Shown here: positions 18,188 to 26,027 of the stretch, in pieces
Layout of the letters: each line of letters starts with the position of its first letter
How positions within the stretch are numbered: the first letter of the stretch is position 1
Origin: Vicinamibacterales bacterium
Lineage (GTDB): Bacteria > Acidobacteriota > Vicinamibacteria > Vicinamibacterales > UBA8438
Assembly: GCA_965261285.1 (NCBI GenBank)
Contig: OZ253457.1
Coordinates: 1,508,511 to 1,572,510 of the forward strand
Direction of reading: 5' to 3'
DNA: 64,000 nucleotides
The notes under the pieces: generated by a model
Told to the model about the DNA's origin: nothing
The model's input: only the letters and a program-made list of their open reading frames with translations
Databases searched by the model: none
Position numbers and translations under genes: made by a program

Positions 18188-18891
18188 TGTCAGAAACACC
18201 TGCCCAAGGCAGTCTGCTGTGGTCGGATCCGGGTCTCGCGGAGCGCCGTTACGTGCTGCCGGTCCCGGGAAGCGGCCTGCGATACGTGCCGGATTGGCTG
18301 TCCGAAGAGGACATGCGGCGGTTGGAGAGCGAGTGCGATGCTCTGGTGAGGTCCCCTGACGGCGGCTGGCGGCCCAGGGCCGAGTTCCGACTGTACGGCC
18401 GGAGGATCGTTCGTCCCCGCGACACGGCGTGGATGTCCCAGAATCGTCGTTCGTACTCGTACGGGGGCACGACGGATGAGTCCGTCGGGTGGCCGCACTG
18501 GGTTCGGGATCTCGCCCGCAAGGTCGCGGAACATCCCGCTTGGCGCTTCGCGGAGGCACCGGGTACGGCGCCCAACGTCGCGCTCCTGAACGTCTACCGA
18601 AACGGGCGCGACCACGTCGACTGGCATGCTGACGACGAGCGGGAGATCGACCAGCGGTCTCCCATCGCGTCGGTTTCGCTGGGCGCGGTTCGGACGTTCC
18701 GCATCCGCCGGACGGTGGGGCCCGCGGTCGGCTCTGGCGTTCGGAAGTCGGAACCATTGGCGCTGGGTCCCGGGTCGCTACTCGTCATGCCGCCGGGTTT
18801 CCAGGCCGATTGGGAGCACCGGGTCCCTCCTGCGAAGAACGCCGGTCGTCGCTGGAACCTCACGTTCAGGGTGTACGCTCACCCGTCATGA
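18184..18891 (+). CDS. alkB: AlkB-family Fe(II)/2-oxoglutarate-dependent dioxygenase (nucleic-acid demethylase)
   Basis: 'LLNVYRNGRDHVDWHADDE' (HxD), 'QADWEHRVP' (distal His) and 'RWNLTFRVY' (RxNxTxR). The start (GTG 18184 or ATG 18187) overlaps the HEPN stop. Confidence 0.85.
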   Translation: MMSETPAQGSLLWSDPGLAERRYVLPVPGSGLRYVPDWLSEEDMRRLESECDALVRSPDGGWRPRAEFRLYGRRIVRPRDTAWMSQNRRSYSYGGTTDESVGWPHWVRDLARKVAEHPAWRFAEAPGTAPNVALLNVYRNGRDHVDWHADDEREIDQRSPIASVSLGAVRTFRIRRTVGPAVGSGVRKSEPLALGPGSLLVMPPGFQADWEHRVPPAKNAGRRWNLTFRVYAHPS

Positions 18892-19733
18892 TCTACCCGG
18901 ACCAGCTTCATCTCGCACGTCTTCGCGAGAGTTGCCGGGGTTGGTTCCCGGGCCGCACCGAGACCCAGGTGCGGGAGGCGCTCTTCAGAGAGACGGAGGA
19001 CCTCCGTGGATGGTACCAGTGCATGCTTGAGGGTGATCCGCCGTACCGCCGGGCTCCCCGCGGCTACGTCGCTCTGTACATGCCGCGGGGTTACTTCTGG
19101 TTCAAGAGGTTGGTGAGCGATCACCCACGCCTGCGTGCGGTGGTTTCATCCGCCCGGTCCGTGCTGGTGGTGGGTTGCGGGCCCGCGCCGGAGCTCTGGT
19201 CGTTGTCCCAGTATCTGAGCTCCGAGGCGACCGTCACACTACTGGACGCCGAGATCGACGTCTGGGAGCCGTTCGTGCGGGGATTCACCGTTCCGCTCGT
19301 CGTCGAATCGCGGGGGCTAATGAGCCTGGCTGCCGAGCCTCCGTGGCTGGAATTCCAGGCCGGGACTCACGGGTCCATCGAGGGGCGTTTCGACCTCATC
19401 GTGGCGCAGCAGGTGCTCAACGAGATTGCGGTTCGTCCGGTCTGGTTGAATCCGGGACATGCTTGGCCGCTCACGGCGTTGTCCACGATCACGGCTTGGC
19501 GCCGCAGCCGCCTCCGTCCGGGCGGCGCCATCGTTGTCGTCGACGGCGATTCGAAGGAGCGGCGGCTCCGGCAGATCGAAGAGAACCTTCCCCGCGGGGC
19601 CTGCGAACGGGGCTCCCTGTCTCATGGAACGGTCAGGTGTGCGCGAGAGGTAGCGGCTTGGTTGACCGGCCCGTGGGGTCGTTGCGTGCCCCGCCGGCGT
19701 GCGCCAACGAAGTATCTGTTGGTCTACTGTTGA
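18888..19733 (+). CDS. Class I SAM-dependent methyltransferase-like protein (Rsm22-like motif I)
   Basis: The ATG overlaps the alkB stop (ATGA). 'SVLVVGCGPAPELWSL' (motif I-like), 'VTLLDAE' (acidic motif II-like), 'FDLIVAQQVLNEI' and 'RPGGAIVVVD'. The assignment rests on motif pattern only. Confidence 0.5.
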   Translation: MIYPDQLHLARLRESCRGWFPGRTETQVREALFRETEDLRGWYQCMLEGDPPYRRAPRGYVALYMPRGYFWFKRLVSDHPRLRAVVSSARSVLVVGCGPAPELWSLSQYLSSEATVTLLDAEIDVWEPFVRGFTVPLVVESRGLMSLAAEPPWLEFQAGTHGSIEGRFDLIVAQQVLNEIAVRPVWLNPGHAWPLTALSTITAWRRSRLRPGGAIVVVDGDSKERRLRQIEENLPRGACERGSLSHGTVRCAREVAAWLTGPWGRCVPRRRAPTKYLLVYC

Positions 19734-19913
19734 CGTGCGCGTTCGTGCTCACGACACCCGTATCGCCGGCCTGACGCGCGCCGGGGCGGTCATCGACGAT
19801 GGGCGCGGTGGCGGTAGGGACGAGGGTAGCGCAACGCGAGCCTGGCCCGCCCACATCCTCGCCTTCGGCTCCGCTGGGGACCGCCATGGAAGCGGTCACC
19901 CCGATGCTCGCGG

Positions 19914-21470
19914 TCAAGACCGGTCGGCCGCCTGCCGCTCGCGAGTTGCCTCCGCCTGCGGGCGCGGACGCCACAACTGGTGGATCACCCAATCCAGGTC
20001 CAGACGCTCGCCGCGCCAGTCGGGCGTGAGGGTGTCGGGATCAATCTCTATGCCCTCCCGTTCGAGCCGCGCCCTCACCGGCGCCAACGGCCGACCGGTC
20101 CAATCCGGCGGCGCCGGCGCTTCCGGCAGCGGACGGCCGTCGGGCCGAATGAACTCCACGTCACCGCCTGCATCCAGTATGACGCGGAACCCCTCCTCGT
20201 GAACCGCCCGGTGGTGCCGCCGGCAGAGGAGGACCAGATTGTCGAGCGCCGTCGCCCCGCCGTGGGCCCAGTGCCTGATGTGGTGGGCATCGACCCGGAC
20301 GTTCCGGCACCCCGGAAACCGGCACTGGCGGTCGCGGGCGTGCAGCGCCCGGCGCAGGGCCGGCGAGATGGTCCGCGTGCGGCGGCCGACGTCGAGGACC
20401 TCGCCGCCGGGGCCGTGCTGCATCCCGACCGTGGCCGCGTCGCAGGCCAGCCGCCGCGCCGTCTCCGCCGAGATGTGGATGCCCCCCGCCTCTTCCAGCA
20501 CCGTCTGGCGGCGGCCGGCCGGAGTGTACGCGGCCTGCTGCGGCGACGCGGCCGCCTCCGACGTTCCCGCGGGAACGTGGAGTGCCTCGGGGATGTCGGG
20601 CGCTTCGGTCAGGGCGTCCGCGTCCACGTGCACCACCACCTGATAGCGGTCGCCCGCCGTCCCCCGGTCGAGCCCAACCGACAATGCGCACTCCGCAATC
20701 ACTCCCAGGGCATCCGCCTGCCGCTGCGCCAGCGACGGCGCCTCCGCCTCTGCGCCGGGAACGGTCTCGGCGCCGGGGGCGGCCTCTCCGCCCGCGTCCG
20801 CCGCCGTCGCTTCGGCGCCGCGGGCCTGGTCGCACGCCGCCTCGAGAGCCCGCCGCACGACCGCGCCCACCTCAGGCGACAGCCGGCCCCGAATCACCAC
20901 CATCCCGTCCTCGTCCACCCATGTCCGCAGCGACCGCGTCTCGTGCCGCCGCCGGTCCTCGGTCTGCTCCGCCAGGCGGTCCACCCGCCGCCACGCCCGC
21001 ACGATCTTCTCCACGTGGGCGGCGGTACCCGACAGCGCCACGTTCAGCAGGTCGTCCTCGGTCTCCGGCGTCGCCACCCGCGTGACCGCGCGCATCTTCG
21101 AGTAGGAGACCTTGCCGCGCCGCATGGCGTCGCTCAGCTTCGGCAGGTCGGCGAGGGCGCGCGCCACCCGCACGTGCTCGCGGGCCGCGCCCGGGGCGAG
21201 CCCGGTGCGCCAGCCCAGCCATTCGGCGCAGGACGTGCAGCCGGCCCAGCCGTATCTCTCGTCGAACTGGTGGATCAGGCTCAGCAGCTCCCAGGTGGCG
21301 GCGCTGATGCGGGCGGAGAGCTCGGCGATGCGGTCGCCGAGCGCGACGACCTCGGCCTGGGGACCGTCGGGGCACCAGGGCCGCGGTGCGGGTGGGTCGC
21401 TCTCGGGCACGATGGCGTCCGCAGGATGCAGCGGGGGCGCGGGGACAGCGGGTGTGGCTTCAGGGTGCAT
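19914..21470 (-). CDS. DUF222 + HNH endonuclease protein
   Basis: C-terminal 'CRFPGCRNVRVDAHHIRHWAHGGATALDNLVLLCRRHHRAVHEEGF' HNH motif. The N-terminal region resembles the DUF222 (13E12-repeat-type) architecture common in Actinobacteria. Confidence 0.85.
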   Translation of the reverse strand: MHPEATPAVPAPPLHPADAIVPESDPPAPRPWCPDGPQAEVVALGDRIAELSARISAATWELLSLIHQFDERYGWAGCTSCAEWLGWRTGLAPGAAREHVRVARALADLPKLSDAMRRGKVSYSKMRAVTRVATPETEDDLLNVALSGTAAHVEKIVRAWRRVDRLAEQTEDRRRHETRSLRTWVDEDGMVVIRGRLSPEVGAVVRRALEAACDQARGAEATAADAGGEAAPGAETVPGAEAEAPSLAQRQADALGVIAECALSVGLDRGTAGDRYQVVVHVDADALTEAPDIPEALHVPAGTSEAAASPQQAAYTPAGRRQTVLEEAGGIHISAETARRLACDAATVGMQHGPGGEVLDVGRRTRTISPALRRALHARDRQCRFPGCRNVRVDAHHIRHWAHGGATALDNLVLLCRRHHRAVHEEGFRVILDAGGDVEFIRPDGRPLPEAPAPPDWTGRPLAPVRARLEREGIEIDPDTLTPDWRGERLDLDWVIHQLWRPRPQAEATRERQAADRS

Positions 21471-22113
21471 GTCCCATCGTAACCCCTTGATTCTGAGCGG
21501 TTTGTACTCGCGTCAAACGCCCGAACGGCCCGTAGGGCGGCCGATTTCGGTCTCGCGGTCGGTATCGTCCAGCCTGCGGGTGCTGAGGCCGGTCAGCGGG
21601 CATTCCTGGGGGCGTCCCGGAAATCGAGCGGACTGGCTGCGAAAAGCTGTCAAGCAAGAAGTGCAGGCGGACGAGGCGTTCTTCGAGTGCGGCAAGGGCC
21701 ATCTACGGCGTCGGAACGGAATTGGCCGACGCCTGGGCGGAGGCCCCGCCGGCCGATTCGGACACCGGACGGCTCCGGGCCTTGGTCGTGGCATCACGCA
21801 CCCACGCCGAACGACGCCCGACGCTCGCAAGTGCATAACCGGCTGCGCTATCCGCAGGTCCGCGCCGGGGGCTCGTGCATCTCCTCGGAGCGTCGTCGAG
21901 GCCGGATGCGATCAGTTCGGCGTCCGTCTCGAGCGAGCCCAACGTGCGCTGGGCCGTCGTCGGCGCCATCGCCATCCTCGCCCTTCGTTACTGCTCCTCA
22001 CCGGTCGCTTCGAAGAACTCCTGGGAGCGGGCGAACCGCGAAACGCCGCCGAACGCTCATCTCACCATGATGTCGTGCATCCCATCGACGTGATCCAATT
22101 CCAAAAAATGGGG

Positions 22114-22119
22114 TAGAAT
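22114..22119 (+). promoter_or_regulatory. TAGAAT -10-like hexamer in an AT-rich patch upstream of the DUF1592-family gene
   Basis: 'ccaattccaaaaaatggggTAGAATacg' lies about 45 nt upstream of AGGAGG-ATG (22161). I found no good -35 element. Confidence 0.2.
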
Positions 22120-22160
22120 ACGCGCGGATTCGATTACGTACGCGCACGCAGGAGGCCCGG

Positions 22161-24596
22161 ATGACCGGAGGCCCGAAACGGATGCCACGAGGTCGGTTCG
22201 TGCGGCGCGCCCTCATCCTCGTCGCGGGTCTCGCCTTGGCGCCGGCCGGCACCGACGCGCAGCCGGCGTCGTCCGCGTCCGCCGGCCTCGAATCGGCCGC
22301 CTCCGAACGGGCCGTCATCGACCGCTACTGCGTCACCTGCCACAGCGACCGCCTGCTGACCGGCGGCCTGTCGCTGGAGGGCGTGGACCCTGCCGACGTC
22401 GCCGCGCACGCCGAGGTGTGGGAGAAGGTCGTCCGCAAGCTGCGCGCGGGCGCGATGCCTCCCCGGCCCCGGCCGCGCCCCGACGCCGAGACCCACGAGC
22501 GCCTGCTCGCCTACATCGAGACCGCCCTCGACGACGCCGCGCGGGCCAACCCCGACCCCGGCCGCACCGAGACCTTCCGGCGGCTGAACCGGACCGAGTA
22601 CCAGAACGCCATCCGCGACCTGCTGGCCCTGGAGATCGACGTCACCGCGCTGCTGCCGCGGGACGACGCCGCCTTCGGGTTCGACAACGTGGCCACCGGG
22701 GGCCTGTCGCCGACCCTGATGGAGCGTTACCTCGCCGCCGCGCGGACCGTGAGCGAGCTGGCCGTAGGCAGCCGGGCGCCGGCCCCGGGGAGCCGGGTGG
22801 TCGTGGTGCCCGCGGACCGCACCCAGGAGGACCACGTCGACGGCCTGCCGTTCGGGACCCGCGGGGGGACCGTCGTCGAGCACGTCTTCCCGTTCGACGG
22901 CGAGTACGAGATCCAGGTCCGCCTGCAGCGCAATCGCAACGAGAACGTCGAGGGGCTGACCGAGCCGCACGAGGTGGAGCTGACCCTCGACGGCGAGCGC
23001 CTGGGCCTGTTCACCATGGAGCCGAGCACGAACATGGTGATCCAGGCCAACGCCACGTACTACGCGGACGAGGGCATCGACAACCACCTGAACGTTCGCC
23101 TGCCGGTCACCGCGGGGCCGCACCGGGTGGGCGCCGCGTTCATCAAGAAGAACTCGGCCCTCCTCGAGACCACCCGGCAGCCCTACGACGCCCACTTCAA
23201 CATGGACCGCCATCCCCGGCAGCAGCCGGCGGTGCGCACCGTGTCGATCGCGGGGCCGTTCGACCCCAGCGGCATCGGCGAGACGCCGAGCCGCGACCGC
23301 GTCTTCTCGTGCCGGCCCGCGGACGACACCGCCGCGGAGGCCGAGGCGTGCGCCGCCGCCATCGTCGCCTCCCTGGCCCGGCGCGCCTACCGGCGGCCCG
23401 TCGACTTCGGGGACATCGAGCAGTTGACGGGCTTCTATCGCGAGGGCTACGCCGAGGGCGGGTTCGAGGCCGGGGTCGAGACGGCCTTGAGGGCCCTGTT
23501 GACGAGCCCCGAGTTCCTGTTCCGCATCGAGCGCGACCCCGCGGGGGTGGAGCCGGGCACCGCGTACCCGGTCAGCGACCTCGAGCTGGCCTCGCGCCTC
23601 TCGTTCTTCCTGTGGAGCAGCCTGCCCGACGACGAGCTGATCGACGTCGCGGCGCCGGGACGCCTGCGCGAGCCCGAGGTGCTGCGGACCCAGGTGCGGC
23701 GCATGCTGGCCGACTCCCGCGCCGAGACGCTGACCACCAACTTCGCGTCGCAGTGGCTGCACCTGAGGAACCTCGACGCCGTCACCCCCGACGCGCGCAA
23801 CTTCCCCGACTTCGACGACAACCTGCGCCAGGGCTTCCGCACCGAGACCCAACTGCTGTTCCGGAGCGTCGTCGACGAGGACCGCAGCGTCACCGACCTG
23901 CTCACCGCCGACTACACGTTCCTCAACGAGCGGGTCGCGACCCACTACGGGGTGCCGGGCATCTACGGCGACCACTTCCGCCGCGTCGCCCTGCCCGCGG
24001 GCAGCCCCCGCGCGGGCGTGCTCGGCCACGGGAGCATCCTGACCGTGACGTCCTACGCCACGCGGACCTCGCCGGTGCTGCGCGGCAAGTGGATTCTCGA
24101 GAACCTGCTGGGGACGCCCCCGCCGCCCCCGCCCCCCAACGTGCCGCCGCTCGAGGAGAGCGCGTCGTCGACCGGCGTCCTGTCGATGCGCGAGCGGATG
24201 GTCGCCCACCGCCAGAACCCCGCCTGCGCGGTCTGCCACCGCATCATGGACCCGGCGGGGCTGTCGATGGAGAACTTCGACGCCATCGGCCGCTGGCGCG
24301 ACGTCGAGGGCGAGGGCGGGGCGGCCATCGACGCGTCGGGGAACCTGCCCGGGGGCGAGCTCTTCGACGGCGTGGCCGGCCTGCGCCGGGCCGTGCTCGA
24401 CCGTCCGGACGTGTTCGTCGGCACCGTCACCGAGAAGCTTCTGATCTATGCGCTGGGGCGCGGCATCGAGCCTGCCGACGGCCCCGCCGTCCGCGCGATC
24501 GTCGACGCGGCGTCCCGCGACGACTATCGCTTCTCTTCGCTCATACTGGGAATCGTCGAGAGCCCGCCCTTTCAGATGAGGAGATCGCAGTCATGA
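22161..24596 (+). CDS. DUF1592/DUF1588/DUF1595-family protein with an N-terminal c-type heme motif (module copy A)
   Basis: Signal peptide, 'IDRYCVTCHSDRLLTGGLSL...KLRAGAMPP' (CxxCH, planctomycete-cytochrome-c-like), then 'FRRLNRTEYQNAIRDLL', 'SRLSFFLWSSLPDDEL', 'FASQWLHLRNL' and 'CAVCHRIMDPAGLSMENFDAIGRWR', all typical of the PSD/DUF158x-159x family. Confidence 0.85.
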   Translation: MTGGPKRMPRGRFVRRALILVAGLALAPAGTDAQPASSASAGLESAASERAVIDRYCVTCHSDRLLTGGLSLEGVDPADVAAHAEVWEKVVRKLRAGAMPPRPRPRPDAETHERLLAYIETALDDAARANPDPGRTETFRRLNRTEYQNAIRDLLALEIDVTALLPRDDAAFGFDNVATGGLSPTLMERYLAAARTVSELAVGSRAPAPGSRVVVVPADRTQEDHVDGLPFGTRGGTVVEHVFPFDGEYEIQVRLQRNRNENVEGLTEPHEVELTLDGERLGLFTMEPSTNMVIQANATYYADEGIDNHLNVRLPVTAGPHRVGAAFIKKNSALLETTRQPYDAHFNMDRHPRQQPAVRTVSIAGPFDPSGIGETPSRDRVFSCRPADDTAAEAEACAAAIVASLARRAYRRPVDFGDIEQLTGFYREGYAEGGFEAGVETALRALLTSPEFLFRIERDPAGVEPGTAYPVSDLELASRLSFFLWSSLPDDELIDVAAPGRLREPEVLRTQVRRMLADSRAETLTTNFASQWLHLRNLDAVTPDARNFPDFDDNLRQGFRTETQLLFRSVVDEDRSVTDLLTADYTFLNERVATHYGVPGIYGDHFRRVALPAGSPRAGVLGHGSILTVTSYATRTSPVLRGKWILENLLGTPPPPPPPNVPPLEESASSTGVLSMRERMVAHRQNPACAVCHRIMDPAGLSMENFDAIGRWRDVEGEGGAAIDASGNLPGGELFDGVAGLRRAVLDRPDVFVGTVTEKLLIYALGRGIEPADGPAVRAIVDAASRDDYRFSSLILGIVESPPFQMRRSQS

Positions 24597-25933
24597 TGAT
24601 CACCAAGATGGCCCTGCCGCGGCGGACGTTCCTGCGAGGCGCGGGAGCGGCCCTGGCCCTGCCGCTGCTCGACGCCATGGTGCCGGCCGCGTCCGCCCTG
24701 GCCAATACGGCCGCGCCGCGGCGGCTCGGCTACGTGTACATCCCGATGGGGATGAACCCGGTGCCGTGGACCCCGTCCGAGGTGGGCCGGCTGACCACGC
24801 TGTCGCCGACGCTTTCGCCGCTGCTGCCGAACCTCGAGAACGTGACGGTGGTGACCAACCTCGAGATCAACGACGCGCACATCTCGGGGAACCACGCGTC
24901 GGCGAACTCGGCGTTCCTGACCTGCGTGCGGCCCAAGCGCACCGAGGGCAGCGACTACGTCAACGGCACCTCCGTCGACCAGATCGCGGCCCGCAAGGTC
25001 GGCCGCGACACGCCGCTGCCGTCGCTCGAGATCGGCACCGACCTGATCGCCCAGGTCGGCAACTGCGACAACGGGTTCGCCTGCGCCTACATGAACAGCC
25101 TGTCGTGGGCGTCGCCGACCGCGCCGAACCCGACCGAGGCGGACCCCCGCATCGTCTTCGAGCGTCTCTTCGGCAAGGGCGGCACCCCCGAGCAGCGCAA
25201 GGCGCAGCTCCACCGCGACCGCAGCATCCTCGACTGGGTGCTCGACGACATGTCCCGCCTGCAGTCGCAGCTCGGCGCCGGCGACCGCAACAAGGTGGCC
25301 GAGTACCTCGACACCGTCCGCGAGGTCGAGCGCCGCATCGAGCGGGCCGAGGCGTCGGCGGCGGCCTCGCCGCTGAGCGACCTCACCCGCCCCACGAGCG
25401 TGCCCGACGTCTGGGAGGACCACGTCAAGCTGATGTTCGACCTGCAGGTGCTGGCGCTGCGCGCGGACCTGACCCGCGTCGTCACGTTCCAGATGGCGCG
25501 CGAGGCGAGCACTCGCACCTATCCGCAGATCGGCGTGCCCGAGCCGCACCACCCGACGTCGCACCACCTCGACAACCCCGAGAAGCTCGCCCAGCTCGCG
25601 AAGATCAACCAGTACCACGTGTCGCTCTTCGCCTACATGGTCGACCAGCTCGCGGCGACCGCGGACGGCGACGGCAGCCTGCTCGACCACACCACCTACA
25701 TGCTCGGCAGCGGCCTCGGCAACCCCAACGTGCACGACCACCGCAACCTGCCCATCGTCGTGGCGAGCGGCGCGGGGTCGCGCATCGCCGGCGGGCGGCA
25801 CGTCAAGTACGACGAGCTGACGCCGATGGCCAACCTGCACCTGACGCTGCTCGACGACGTGGGGGTGCACCTGGACGACTTCGCCGACAGCACCGGCCGC
25901 ACCGGCGAGATCGTCGAGCCGTTGTCGCTGTAG
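24593..25933 (+). CDS. DUF1552-domain protein with a TAT-type signal (module copy A)
   Basis: The ATG overlaps the upstream stop (ATGA). 'LPRRTFLRGAGAALALPLLDAM' twin-arginine signal and 'GVPEPHHPTSHH' motif. Confidence 0.85.
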   Translation: MMITKMALPRRTFLRGAGAALALPLLDAMVPAASALANTAAPRRLGYVYIPMGMNPVPWTPSEVGRLTTLSPTLSPLLPNLENVTVVTNLEINDAHISGNHASANSAFLTCVRPKRTEGSDYVNGTSVDQIAARKVGRDTPLPSLEIGTDLIAQVGNCDNGFACAYMNSLSWASPTAPNPTEADPRIVFERLFGKGGTPEQRKAQLHRDRSILDWVLDDMSRLQSQLGAGDRNKVAEYLDTVREVERRIERAEASAAASPLSDLTRPTSVPDVWEDHVKLMFDLQVLALRADLTRVVTFQMAREASTRTYPQIGVPEPHHPTSHHLDNPEKLAQLAKINQYHVSLFAYMVDQLAATADGDGSLLDHTTYMLGSGLGNPNVHDHRNLPIVVASGAGSRIAGGRHVKYDELTPMANLHLTLLDDVGVHLDDFADSTGRTGEIVEPLSL

Positions 25934-26027
25934 CACCCGGGAGGCTGCAGCAGGGAAACGCGGGCTGTCGGCTTCTCGGGCCGGCAGCCCGCGAGTCGTT
26001 TTCGGGCAGGTTCACGGGAGGCACTCC

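Noticed and set aside
21998-22160. A possible small minus-strand gene with an in-frame TGA ('...ILPHFLELDHVDGMHDIMVR*AFGGVSRFARSQEFFEATGEEQ*'), considered as a selenoprotein/readthrough gene or a pseudogene.
   Set aside because: It has no start codon or RBS context, no recognisable family and no SECIS-like evidence that I can evaluate. It overlaps the likely promoter region of the DUF1592-family gene. It is too weak to annotate.
22418-25933. A 1171-aa ORF spanning both the DUF1592-family and DUF1552 genes.
   Set aside because: The first ~725 codons are an alternative frame of the DUF1592-family gene and have junk composition. Only the tail from ATG 24593 ('MMITKMALPRRTFL...') is a real DUF1552 protein.
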